Assembly: GCA_964347635.1 (NCBI GenBank)
Contig: CAYFZI010000001.1
Span: 29,322-93,321, forward strand
DNA length: 64,000 nt
Reading direction: 5' to 3'
DNA from: an uncultured Dehalococcoidia bacterium
Lineage (GTDB): Bacteria; Chloroflexota; Dehalococcoidia; Bin125
Both the position numbers and the translations under genes were made by a program. This document shows positions 9,490 through 18,865 of this stretch, piece by piece; positions within the stretch are counted from its first letter, which is position 1, and the number at the start of each line of letters is the position of its first letter. Under the pieces are notes generated by a model, which made no database searches, had not been told where the DNA came from, and saw nothing but the letters and a program-made list of their open reading frames with translations.

Positions 9490-12303
9490 ATGACACACAA
9501 GGTTGAGGCGGAGATCGCGGGCCGCACGCTCACGATCGAGCAGGGGCGGCTGGCCCAGCAGGCCGGCGGGGCGGTCACGGTGCGCTACGGCGACACGATG
9601 ATGCTGGGCACGGCCACAGCTTCGAAGCCGCGCCCAGGGATCGACTTCTTCCCGCTCTCTGTCGAGTTCGAGGAGCGACTCTACGCCGCCGGCCGCATCC
9701 CCGGCTCGTTCTTCCGCCGCGAGGGCCGGCCGACGACCACCGCAGTGCTTTCGGCGCGGCTGACCGACCGCCCGATTCGCCCGCTCTTCCCCCAGGGCTA
9801 CAACGACGATACGCAGCTGATCATCACGATCTTCTCGGTCGATATGGAGAACCCGCCCGACACGCTGGGCACGATCGCCGCCAGCGCGGCGCTCTGCGTC
9901 TCCGATGTCCCCTTCGAAGGTCCGGTCGCCTCGGTGCGGATCGGCCGCGTCGACGGCGAGCTGGTCCTGCAGCCAACCTTCGCGCAGCTCGAACAGAGCG
10001 ACCTGAACCTGATCGTCGCCGGCACGCACGACGCGATCACGATGGTCGAGGCGGAGGCCGGCGAGGTGCCCGAGTCGCTGCTGGTCGACGCGCTGGCGCT
10101 CGGCCAGGAAGCGATCACGGTGATCTGCGGGCTGCAGCAGGAGCTGGCCGCCGCGGTCGGCGCGGCCAAGCGCGAATTCACGCCGGCCGTGATCGACGCC
10201 GGGGCGCTGGCCTTCGTGGACGAGCGCGGGCGCACGGACCTCGAGGCCGCCTTCGCGGCGCGGCTCAGCAAAGCCGAAACAGACGCGCGCCGCAAGGCCG
10301 TGCAGGCCGCCGTGCTCGAGGCTGCGCCCGAAGGCGAAGACGAGGAGCGGTATCGGGACGCGTTCGGCGAGCTCGAGAAGCAGATCGTGCGCGCCAACAT
10401 CCTGGAGCGCGGGGAGCGGCCCGACGGGCGCAGCACGACCGACCTGCGCGCGCTCAGCGCCGAGACCGGGCTGGTGCCGCGCACGCACGGCTCGGGGCTC
10501 TTCCAGCGCGGCGAAACGCAGGTGCTCTCCTTTACCACCTTGGCCGGCAGCGGCATGGCCCAGCGCCTCGACGACCTCACGCCCGAGGACAGCAAGCGCT
10601 TCATGCACCACTACAACTTCCCGCCGTTCTCGACCGGCGAGACCGGGCGGGTCGGCAATCCGAGCCGCCGCTCGATCGGCCACGGGATGCTCGGCGAACG
10701 CGCGATGCAGGCGATTCTGCCGCCCTTCGAGGAATTTCCCTACACAATTCGCGTCGTCTCCGAGGTGCTCGCCTCCAACGGCAGCACCTCGATGGCCAGC
10801 GTGTGCGCCTCGGTGCTTTCGATGATGGACGCCGGCGTCCCGATTCGCGCGCCGATCGCCGGCGTTGCGATGGGCCTGATCAAGGGCGAAGACAACGTCG
10901 CCGTCCTGACCGACATCGCCGGCCTCGAAGACCACCTCGGCGATATGGACTTCAAGGTCGCCGGCAGCCGCGCCGGCGTCACCGCGCTGCAGATGGATAT
11001 GAAGGTCAAGGGCATCGACCTCGAGATCCTGGCCCGCGCGCTGGAGCAGGCCCGCGAGGCGCGGCTCGAGATCATGGATGTGATGACGCAGTGCATCGCC
11101 GAACCGCGCGGCGAAATGTCGCCACACGCGCCGCGGATTCTGCGGATCGATGTGCCGGTCGAGAAGATCGGCCAGCTGATCGGCCCGGGCGGACGCTCGA
11201 TTCGCGCGCTCGAAGAGGAAACCGGCGCCGATATCAGCATCGAGGACGACGGCGTGGTCTTCATCACCGCCGTCGACGCCGCGTCGGGCCAGGCCGCCTT
11301 CGAGCGGATCGAAGGGCTGACCCGCGAGATCGAGCCGGGCCAGATCTACACCGGCAAGGTCGTGCGCATCCTGCCCTTCGGCGCGTTCGTCGAGATGGTG
11401 CCCGGCAAGGACGCGCTGGTGCACATCTCCGAGCTGGCCGACCACCACGTCGATCGCGTCGAGGATGTCGTCAACATGGGCGATGTGGTGACCATCATGG
11501 TCACCGAGATCGACAACCTGGGCCGAGTCAACGCCTCCTGCAAGGCGCTGCTCGACGGCGCGGAGGGCGGCGAGGGCCGCCCCCGCCCCCCGCGCGAACG
11601 CGGGCCGCGCGAGCGCGGAGCGCGCAGAGAGGGCGGCCGTGGCGGCGACGATCGCGGGGAGCGCCGCCCGCAGCGTGAACGCCGCCCGCGCCAGCGCCGC
11701 GGCGACGCTCCCGCCGAGCGCAGCGGCGGCGCCGACGAGCCGCCGCGCCAGCGCCGCGAAGCGCCGCGCGAAATCCAGCGCAGCACCCCGCCTGTGGTAC
11801 CCGCCAAGAGCATTGAGAGCGTCGAGAGCGTCGAAACGGCTGAGTCGGAAGCCGCGCCCGCGCTGGCTTCGGCTGAACCCGCTGAGCGCGGCGAACACGG
11901 AGAAGGCTCCGCCGCGCCGGCGATCGTGCAGCCGCGCGAGGCCGGCGCCCGGCCGCGCCGCCGCCGCCGCCGGCGGCGCCAGGGCGGGCCCGGCGGGCCG
12001 GACAGCCAAGCCAATCAAACCAATCAAGCCGATCAGTCTGAGCAGTCTGAGCAGGATGGTCCGCGTGAAGACGCGGAGAGCTCGGCGCGGCCGCAGCGCG
12101 AGGAGCGCGAGGACGACGACAAGCGCGGCAAGCGCGAGGAACGGGGGGAGCGCGAGGAACGGCAGCCCGACAGCAACGTTGGCAACCGCCGCACCGGGCG
12201 CGGCATTCTCTCCCGCGTCGGCCTGCGCCGCGAGGAGCGGAGCGACGGCCCGCCCCCGCCGCCGCCCCCGCCGCGCTCCGATTTCGGCGCGCCCCGCCGC
12301 TAG
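9490..12303 (+). CDS. pnp: Polyribonucleotide nucleotidyltransferase (PNPase) with a ~230-aa low-complexity C-terminal tail
   Basis: Two RNase PH domains, a KH domain ([27 protein letters not shown]) and an S1 domain ([20 protein letters not shown]) end near residue 705. The ORF continues for ~230 residues of R/E/G/P/Q-rich sequence to the stop at 12303. The standard rpsO-pnp arrangement is preserved. Confidence 0.93.
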   Translation: MTHKVEAEIAGRTLTIEQGRLAQQAGGAVTVRYGDTMMLGTATASKPRPGIDFFPLSVEFEERLYAAGRIPGSFFRREGRPTTTAVLSARLTDRPIRPLFPQGYNDDTQLIITIFSVDMENPPDTLGTIAASAALCVSDVPFEGPVASVRIGRVDGELVLQPTFAQLEQSDLNLIVAGTHDAITMVEAEAGEVPESLLVDALALGQEAITVICGLQQELAAAVGAAKREFTPAVIDAGALAFVDERGRTDLEAAFAARLSKAETDARRKAVQAAVLEAAPEGEDEERYRDAFGELEKQIVRANILERGERPDGRSTTDLRALSAETGLVPRTHGSGLFQRGETQVLSFTTLAGSGMAQRLDDLTPEDSKRFMHHYNFPPFSTGETGRVGNPSRRSIGHGMLGERAMQAILPPFEEFPYTIRVVSEVLASNGSTSMASVCASVLSMMDAGVPIRAPIAGVAMGLIKGEDNVAVLTDIAGLEDHLGDMDFKVAGSRAGVTALQMDMKVKGIDLEILARALEQAREARLEIMDVMTQCIAEPRGEMSPHAPRILRIDVPVEKIGQLIGPGGRSIRALEEETGADISIEDDGVVFITAVDAASGQAAFERIEGLTREIEPGQIYTGKVVRILPFGAFVEMVPGKDALVHISELADHHVDRVEDVVNMGDVVTIMVTEIDNLGRVNASCKALLDGAEGGEGRPRPPRERGPRERGARREGGRGGDDRGERRPQRERRPRQRRGDAPAERSGGADEPPRQRREAPREIQRSTPPVVPAKSIESVESVETAESEAAPALASAEPAERGEHGEGSAAPAIVQPREAGARPRRRRRRRRQGGPGGPDSQANQTNQADQSEQSEQDGPREDAESSARPQREEREDDDKRGKREERGEREERQPDSNVGNRRTGRGILSRVGLRREERSDGPPPPPPPPRSDFGAPRR

Positions 12304-12366
12304 CCGCGAAGCCGCTGCCGCTCGGCGCCGAGCGGCGGCCCTGCACGCTGTCGGAGGAGGTGCGCG

Positions 12367-13167
12367 ATGGCTGCGCGAGCCGCCACTCGAGTCGTAATGA
12401 GCGGTGCCGGCAACATGGGGCGACAGATCATGGCTGCGGTGGAAGCGGCCGATGATCTCGAGCTGGTCGGCGCGCTCGACGGCCTGGCCGGCGCCGAGGC
12501 GATCGCGATCGGCGCCCGCGAAGTGCCGCTCAGCCGCCGGCTTGATGCGCTCAGCGCCTGGTCGCCCGATGTCGTGGTCGACTTCAGCCACGTCGACTGG
12601 ACCAGCCGGCTGCTGCCCGCGGCGATCGCCGCGGGCATACATCCGGTGATTGGCACCTCCGGCCTGCCCGGCGAACTGATCGCCGCGGCGGAGCGCGCCT
12701 GCAGCGAGCGCGGGCTGGGCGGCGTGGCGGCGGCCAACTTCGCGCTCGGCGCGGTGATGATGATGCACCTCGCGCGCGTCGCCGCGCCCTTCTTCGATTC
12801 GGTCGAAATCATCGAGCAGCATCACGACGGCAAGGTCGATTCGCCCTCCGGCACGGCGATCGCGACAGCGCAGGGGATGCGCGAAGCGCGCGTCGCCGAT
12901 TTCGTCCGCCGCGCGTCGGAGCGCGAGACGCTCGCGGGCGGGCGCGGCGCCCAGCTCGGCGGCGCCAGCCTGCACTCCGTGCGCCTGCCCGGCCTCGTCG
13001 CCCACCAGAGCACGATCTTCGGCGGCGTCGGCGAAACGCTGACACTGCGCCACGATTCGATCAGCCGCGAGTCGTTTCTGCCCCAAATCCTGCGCGCCGT
13101 CCGCGCGGCGCCCGCGCTCGACCGCCTCGTGATCGGGCTCGATCGCCTGCTGGGGCTGCGCGAATAG
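12367..13167 (+). CDS. dapB: 4-hydroxy-tetrahydrodipicolinate reductase
   Basis: NAD-binding N-terminus (VMSGAGNMGRQIM) and DapB C-terminal domain (EIIEQHHDGKVDSPSGTA). GGAGG RBS upstream. Confidence 0.9.
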   Translation: MAARAATRVVMSGAGNMGRQIMAAVEAADDLELVGALDGLAGAEAIAIGAREVPLSRRLDALSAWSPDVVVDFSHVDWTSRLLPAAIAAGIHPVIGTSGLPGELIAAAERACSERGLGGVAAANFALGAVMMMHLARVAAPFFDSVEIIEQHHDGKVDSPSGTAIATAQGMREARVADFVRRASERETLAGGRGAQLGGASLHSVRLPGLVAHQSTIFGGVGETLTLRHDSISRESFLPQILRAVRAAPALDRLVIGLDRLLGLRE

Positions 13168-13301
13168 GCGCCGCGCCTATCTGCGGCCTGCGCAGCACGC
13201 CGCAGTGCCGCCGCCGCGCCGTCCGCGCCGCCCCCTGTCTACGCTGCTGAGTGAGCTGTGCACAGTGAGCAGTGACCGTGCATTGCCGTGAGGAGAGACG
13301 G

Positions 13302-14327
13302 ATGAGCCGCGAATCGCGCGAACTGACGGTGGCGCTGGTGGGGGCGACGGGCGTGGTGGGCGCTGAATTCCTCAAGTGCATGGAGGAGCGCCGCTTCCCC
13401 GTCGGCGAGCTGCGGCTGCTGGCGACCAAGCGCTCAGCGGGCCGCGGGCTGACCTTTCGCGGCGAAACGCTGACCGTCCGCGAGACGACTCACGACGCCT
13501 TCGAGGGCGCCGATATCGCCTTCATCTCCGCCTCCACCGCCGCCTCGAAGGAGCTCTGCCCGGTTGCCCGCGAGCGCGGAGCGATCGTCTTCGACGACTC
13601 CTCCGCATTTCGCCAGCAGCCCGATGTGCCGCTGGTCGTGCCGGAGATCAATCCCGAGGATCTGCGCGAACACCGCGGGATCATCGCGACCCCGAATTGC
13701 AGCACCGTGCCGCTGGTGCTGACGCTCGCGCCGCTGCTGCGGGCGCGCGGCCTGACCCGCGTGATCGCCGACACCTATCAATCGGCTTCCGGCGCGGGCG
13801 CTGCAGCGGCCGCCGAGCTGCACGCGCAGAACGCCGCCGTCGCCGCCGGCGCTGCGGTCGCCGTCGCCGAGCACCCGCGCCAGCTCGCCTTCAACGCGAT
13901 TCCGCAGATCGATGTCTTTCTCGAGGACGGCTACACCAAAGAAGAGTGGAAGATGCAGGTCGAGAGCCGTAAGATTCTGCACCAGCCGCAGCTGGCGCTG
14001 AGCGCGACCTGCGTGCGGATTCCGACCGAGATCTCGCACGCCGCCGCCGTGCACGCCGAGTTCGATCGCCCGCTTTCGACCGCCGAAGCCTGCGCGCTCT
14101 GGGAGCAGCAGGCCGGTCTGACGGTGTTCGACGGCCGCGCACCCGGCCAGTACCCCACGCCGCTCGACGCGGCCGGCGTCGACGACGTGTTCGTCGGCCG
14201 CCTGCGCCGAGACGCCTCGCACCCCAATGGCCTCGCCTGGTGGTGCGTCGCCGACAATCTCCGCAAAGGCGCCGCATTGAACATGATCCAGATGGTCGAG
14301 TGGATGCTGAAGGACGGCTGCCTGTAG
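13302..14327 (+). CDS. asd: Aspartate-semialdehyde dehydrogenase
   Basis: LTVALVGATGVVGAEFLK Rossmann motif, and the active-site region GIIATPNCSTVPLVLTLAPL. ATG at 13302 after AGGAGAG. Confidence 0.92.
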   Translation: MSRESRELTVALVGATGVVGAEFLKCMEERRFPVGELRLLATKRSAGRGLTFRGETLTVRETTHDAFEGADIAFISASTAASKELCPVARERGAIVFDDSSAFRQQPDVPLVVPEINPEDLREHRGIIATPNCSTVPLVLTLAPLLRARGLTRVIADTYQSASGAGAAAAAELHAQNAAVAAGAAVAVAEHPRQLAFNAIPQIDVFLEDGYTKEEWKMQVESRKILHQPQLALSATCVRIPTEISHAAAVHAEFDRPLSTAEACALWEQQAGLTVFDGRAPGQYPTPLDAAGVDDVFVGRLRRDASHPNGLAWWCVADNLRKGAALNMIQMVEWMLKDGCL

Positions 14328-14531
14328 GCAGCAGGGAGCAAGACCGCCGGGCGCGGCCCCGCCCGCGCTCGCAGCGGGTTCTCCTGCCAGCGAGGGCATG
14401 TGCAGCTTCCGTTCAGACAGGCCCCCGGCGGCGCGGACATTGCCGGCGCCGACGCTCCTCCGCGGGCAGGCTCTAGTAGCCTTGAGCAGCAGCTCGAGGC
14501 AGCAGCTCGAGACTGCGGGAAGGCTCGGATC

Positions 14532-15443
14532 ATGACCGACACGACCAATTGGGGGCGCCTCTACACCGCCATGGTCACACCGATGCGCGAAGACGGCTCG
14601 ATTGATGTCGAGCAGGCGCAGTCCCTGGCGGCCGCGCTGATCCAGAGCGGCTCCGACGGCGTCGTTGTCGCCGGCACGACCGGTGAATCGCCCACCCTGA
14701 CCCATGAGGAAGAGCGGATGCTCTTCCGCGAGCTGTTGCCCGTTGTCCACGCACTCGGCGCCACGCTGATCGCCGGGACCGGCTCGAACAGCACCGCCAC
14801 CGCCGTCGAAGCCTCGGAGCTCGCGGCCGCGCTCGGCGTCGACGGCCTGCTCCAAGTCGTCCCCTACTACAACAAGCCCTCGCAGGAAGGCCTCTACCAG
14901 CATTTCCGCGCCGTCGCCGAAGCGGTTGATGCGCCGATCATGCTCTACAACGTGCCCGGCCGCACCGGCGCCAACATGAGCGCCGCCACCACCGTCCGCC
15001 TGGCCGAAGACTGCCCGAACATCGCCGGCGTCAAGGAGGCCAGCGGCGACCTCGAGCAGATCGCCGAGATCATCCGCAGCGCGCCGCCCCGCTTCCGCGT
15101 CTGGAGCGGCAACGACGGCGATAACCTGGCGATCCTCTCGCTGGGCGGCTACGGCGCGGTCAGCGTGCTCTCGCACCTTGTCGGCGGCCAGATCAAAGCG
15201 ATGTACGAGGCCTGGGCGGCCGGCGACACAGCCAAGGCGGGCGAAATCCAAGTGCGCCTCGCGCCGCTCGTGAAGGCGATGTTCCTCGTCGGCAACCCCG
15301 TCCCGGTCAAGTGGGCGCTGAATGAAGTCGGCTTCCGCGTCGGCCCGCCGCGCGCGCCGCTGGTCGAGCCCGACGACGCGCTCCAGGAGCAGATCCGCGC
15401 CGTGCTCGCGAATACCGAGGTCGACCTGGTGCAGGGGAACTGA
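14532..15443 (+). CDS. dapA: 4-hydroxy-tetrahydrodipicolinate synthase
   Basis: TAMVTPMREDGSIDVEQ..., the GTTGESPTLTHEE motif, and YNVPGRTG. Sits in a lysine cluster with dapB and asd. Confidence 0.92.
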   Translation: MTDTTNWGRLYTAMVTPMREDGSIDVEQAQSLAAALIQSGSDGVVVAGTTGESPTLTHEEERMLFRELLPVVHALGATLIAGTGSNSTATAVEASELAAALGVDGLLQVVPYYNKPSQEGLYQHFRAVAEAVDAPIMLYNVPGRTGANMSAATTVRLAEDCPNIAGVKEASGDLEQIAEIIRSAPPRFRVWSGNDGDNLAILSLGGYGAVSVLSHLVGGQIKAMYEAWAAGDTAKAGEIQVRLAPLVKAMFLVGNPVPVKWALNEVGFRVGPPRAPLVEPDDALQEQIRAVLANTEVDLVQGN

Positions 15444-15450
15444 ACGCTCG

Positions 15451-16020
15451 GTGCCGGAGCCCGACGCCGAGGCCTACGGCTACGCGCTGCTGCTGACGCG
15501 GCGGCTGCTGACGCAGGCGCTGGCCGGCGCGCCGCCCGAGCTGCTCGCGCGCCGCCCGCCCGGAGTCACCGAGGTCAACGGCGGGCCCGCCACGCTGCGG
15601 GCCTGCGCCGAACGCTCCTGCAGCCGCGAGCGCTGGTGGATCTGGCCGCGCGAACTGCCGCCGCCCAATCTGCCCCCGCCCAACGGCCTGGCCGACCTGC
15701 TCTACGCGCTGGTGCGGCACCGCGCGGTGACCGAGGAGCTGCTGATGACGGCGGACGCAGACGATCTGGCCGCCGCCTGGCACACCGCCGCGCGCGGCGC
15801 TGTCACGCCAAGGCCGATCAGCTTCGCCGCCGCGCTGCGCGCACTGGCCGCGGAAGAGCTGCAGATCGGCGCGGCCGCGCTCGACCTGCGCGCCGCGCTG
15901 CAGCCCGGCTGGCGCGGGCCGCCCGATCTGCGCGAACGCGCCGCCGCCGCTGTCGCGAACGTCCAATCATCTGCGGCCGCCCACTCGAGGCAGCACCACC
16001 CGAGGCAGGCAGAACGATGA
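15451..16020 (+). CDS. Hypothetical protein (190 aa)
   Basis: In-frame GTG start 8 nt after the dapA stop. The composition is protein-like rather than Arg-artefact. Its stop overlaps the next gene's ATG (ATGA), which suggests coupling. No family recognised. Confidence 0.4.
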   Translation: MPEPDAEAYGYALLLTRRLLTQALAGAPPELLARRPPGVTEVNGGPATLRACAERSCSRERWWIWPRELPPPNLPPPNGLADLLYALVRHRAVTEELLMTADADDLAAAWHTAARGAVTPRPISFAAALRALAAEELQIGAAALDLRAALQPGWRGPPDLRERAAAAVANVQSSAAAHSRQHHPRQAER

Positions 16021-17579
16021 GCTGGGAACCGGAGCTGGAAGAGCTGAAACGCCGCCGCGAGCTGGCCAAGGGCCGCGGCGGCGCGGAGGGCGTCGCCCGC
16101 CAGCGGCGGCGCGGCAAGCTGCTCGTCAACGAGCGGATCGACGGCCTCGCCGACCCGGGCAGCTTCCGCGAGTTCATGGGCCTGGTCGGCAGCGCCGCCT
16201 ATGACGATCAGGGTGCGCTCGCTGCGTTCACGCCGAAAGGCTCGATGGAGGGCTTCTGCAAGGTCGAAGGCCGCAAGATCGTCGTCAGCGCCGGCGATTT
16301 CACTGTGCGCGGCGGCTCCGGCAGCGGCTCGGGCGGCGGCAACCTGGGCCGCGAACTGCACTCCAACGAACGCGCGCTCGAATGGCGCCTGCCCTATGTA
16401 CGCATGCTCGACGCCGCCGGCGGCAGCGTGCGCGGCTTCGAAGAGATCGGCCGCACCTACCTACCCGACGGCAACATCTGGTCCACCATCGATACCGACC
16501 TGCTGCGCGCCGTGCCGGTCGTCTCCGCTGTGATGGGCTCCGTCGCCGGGCTGCCCGCCGTCAACGCCTGCATGGCCCACTTCACGCTGATGGTCAAAGG
16601 CATCAGCCAGCTCTTCCCCGGCGGGCCGCCGGTCGTGCGCGCCGCGCTGGGCTACGAGATCAGCAAGGAAGACTTGGGCGACGAGCGCATCCACGTGCAC
16701 CAGAGCGGCTCTGTGGACAATCTGGCCGAAACCGAGGCCGACGCCTTCCGCCAAATTCGGCAGTGGCTCAGCTATCTGCCGTCGAATGTCTGGGAGCTGT
16801 CGCCGCGCGCCGAGCCGAGCGATGATCCCAACCGCCGCGACGAGCGCCTGCGGCGGCTCGTGCCGCGCGACCCGCGCCGCGCCTACAACGGCCGCAAGGC
16901 GATCGAGTCGGTCGTCGATCGAGGCTCGTTCTTCGAGATCGCGCCGTTCTACGGGCGCGCGCGAATCACCGGGCTGGCGCGCCTGAACGGCTATGCCGTC
17001 GGCGTGATGGCGAATAATCCGCTGCACGCGGGCGGCTCAACCGATGCCGCCGCCGGCGAGAAGGTGATCCGCCTGATTCAGCTCTGCGACACGTTCCACC
17101 TGCCGCTGATCTCGTTCGCCGACGAGCCCGGCTTCATGGTCGGCGTCGAATCCGAGAAGCGGGGGATCGAGCGCGCCGGCGCGCGGCTGGTGATCGCCAC
17201 CTGCGAGAGCCGCATGCCCTGGCTGACCGTGGTGATGGGCCGTGTCTTCGGCGTCGCCGGCCAGTGCCAGCACCGCCCCACAGGTATGTTCCAGCGCTAT
17301 GCCTGGCCGTCGGGCCGCTGGGGCTCGATGCCGATCGAGGGCGGCGCGTACGCCGCCTACCGGCGCGAGATCGACGCTGCTGCGGACCCGCAGGCGAAGC
17401 GCGCGGAGATCGAAACCCGCCTGCGCAGCCTTGCCTCGCCGTTCCGCACCGCCGAGGCGACCGGCCAGGACATCATCGATCCCGCCGACACCCGCCGCCT
17501 CGCCTGCGAGTTCGTCGAAGAGGCCCAACCAATCCTCGCCGCCCAGCTCGGCCCCAGCCCCAATCCGTACCACCCCTGA
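16017..17579 (+). CDS. Acyl-CoA carboxylase carboxyltransferase subunit (propionyl-CoA carboxylase beta / methylmalonyl-CoA carboxyltransferase family)
   Basis: Two crotonase-like carboxyltransferase domains. Typical motifs: GGSGSGSGGGNLGRELHSNE, MGSVAGLPA, LPLISFADEPGFMVG. Confidence 0.88.
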   Translation: MSWEPELEELKRRRELAKGRGGAEGVARQRRRGKLLVNERIDGLADPGSFREFMGLVGSAAYDDQGALAAFTPKGSMEGFCKVEGRKIVVSAGDFTVRGGSGSGSGGGNLGRELHSNERALEWRLPYVRMLDAAGGSVRGFEEIGRTYLPDGNIWSTIDTDLLRAVPVVSAVMGSVAGLPAVNACMAHFTLMVKGISQLFPGGPPVVRAALGYEISKEDLGDERIHVHQSGSVDNLAETEADAFRQIRQWLSYLPSNVWELSPRAEPSDDPNRRDERLRRLVPRDPRRAYNGRKAIESVVDRGSFFEIAPFYGRARITGLARLNGYAVGVMANNPLHAGGSTDAAAGEKVIRLIQLCDTFHLPLISFADEPGFMVGVESEKRGIERAGARLVIATCESRMPWLTVVMGRVFGVAGQCQHRPTGMFQRYAWPSGRWGSMPIEGGAYAAYRREIDAAADPQAKRAEIETRLRSLASPFRTAEATGQDIIDPADTRRLACEFVEEAQPILAAQLGPSPNPYHP

Positions 17580-17699
17580 ACCACTGCAAAGCCCGCTGCG
17601 CCAGTTTCGCGTTCCTCTCTCCCGCCTGCGGGAAGGAGCGCCTGCGGAATGCTCCGCCGCGCCTGCTGAGCAGGTGTACGGTGAAGATGCGGGGTAGGA

Positions 17700-18845
17700 G
17701 TGGGGTATGAGAGGAGGGTTGCGGTGCTGCAGTCTCGAGCGGCAGTTTGGATTGGCGCCTTGCTGGCAGCCTGCGCGCTGGCGGCTTGTTCGGACGATGC
17801 ACAGCAGGAGGCGCCGCAGCTGCAGGCGGCGGTCGAATCCGAGCCGCAAGCGGCAGCCGCAGCACAACCAGCCCAGGCAGCGCAGCAGCAGGCAGCTGCA
17901 GCGGGCCGGCAGAGCGGTTCGGCTGCACAAGCAGCTGAGCAGTCGGCGCAGTCTGCCGTGCAGCAGGCTGCACGTTCAGACGGAGCCGAGGGCGGGGCGC
18001 CGCCGGCGGACGCCGAGCAGGCGGCGCAGCTCAAAGCAGTGCAGGCGCTGTACGACGGCTGGGCGGCGGCGCTGACATCGTTCGTGGTGGAGTTTGATAT
18101 CGCGACCGAGGTGCATGGCCAGCGCATGCTCGAGCAATCCTTCATGATGCAAGCGCAACTTGAGCCCCTGGCGCTGCATTACCAGATTGAGCTGCCTCCT
18201 TTGCTTGCAGGCATGATGGACGACGGCAGCCAGGCAGACGCGGCGGACGCGCAGGCGGCGGGATCGCCGACAGCCCCGCTGACAGACTTCCTGTTGATCG
18301 ACAACAGCGTCTACATCTCGCTGCCCGAAGAAGGCGGCTGGTTTCAGGCCCCGCTTGACCAAAACTCCGATGCGGCGCTCACGGAGATCTTCGGCAGCGG
18401 CAGGGATAGTCTCGACAGCGCATTCTTGGGGCGGGCGGCGCTGCTCTGCGCTGAACTCACGGGCGCCGCCGTGATCGAAGGCGAGCGCGACGGCCGCGCG
18501 GTCTGGGTCGTCGTTTGCGAGGCGGACGGCGTCACCTTCGAGGCCGTGCTCGCCGCGCTGGCCGCTGCCGGCCAGACCTTGCCGCAGGTGCTGGGCGCCC
18601 CGCTCGGTGGAGAAGGCGTCTACATCGAGTCGATGGCCGCCACAGTCTGGATCGATCAGCAGGAGGGCGCCGCGTTGGGGTACGAATCGGCGATGATGGT
18701 CCGCGGAGACGCGTCGGCTGCGGGCAACAGCGCCGACGGATATACGCTCACCACCGTCGGCCGAACGCTCTCCTGGAATCAACCGCTCGACCTGCCCACC
18801 CCCGAGCCGCTGCTCGAGGATTTGGATTCTGGCGCCTACGAGTAG
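17700..18845 (+). CDS. Putative secreted lipoprotein with an Ala/Gln-rich low-complexity linker
   Basis: Signal peptide with lipobox (WIGALLAACALAAC), then an AQ-rich tract, then a globular C-terminal region of unknown family. Confidence 0.6.
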   Translation: MGYERRVAVLQSRAAVWIGALLAACALAACSDDAQQEAPQLQAAVESEPQAAAAAQPAQAAQQQAAAAGRQSGSAAQAAEQSAQSAVQQAARSDGAEGGAPPADAEQAAQLKAVQALYDGWAAALTSFVVEFDIATEVHGQRMLEQSFMMQAQLEPLALHYQIELPPLLAGMMDDGSQADAADAQAAGSPTAPLTDFLLIDNSVYISLPEEGGWFQAPLDQNSDAALTEIFGSGRDSLDSAFLGRAALLCAELTGAAVIEGERDGRAVWVVVCEADGVTFEAVLAALAAAGQTLPQVLGAPLGGEGVYIESMAATVWIDQQEGAALGYESAMMVRGDASAAGNSADGYTLTTVGRTLSWNQPLDLPTPEPLLEDLDSGAYE

Positions 18846-18865
18846 GGCAGTAGGGTGGGGATTCC

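Noticed and set aside
11560-12303. Treating the PNPase C-terminal tail as a separate gene or as a definite frameshift
   Set aside because: The reading frame is continuous from the S1 domain, and there is no start or RBS inside the tail. Without read data a frameshift cannot be asserted. It is reported as a finding instead.
9151-13086. 1311-aa minus-strand ORF overlapping rpsO, pnp and dapB
   Set aside because: It is antisense to three well-supported genes. Its composition is extremely Arg/Ala/Gly-rich, which is typical of open antisense frames in ~70% GC DNA. It has no recognisable domains.
13168-14531. Lysine (L-box) riboswitch upstream of asd or dapA
   Set aside because: The intergenic regions are only ~130-200 nt, and I could not recognise the L-box conserved helices. 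Only a short tandem repeat upstream of dapA is notable.
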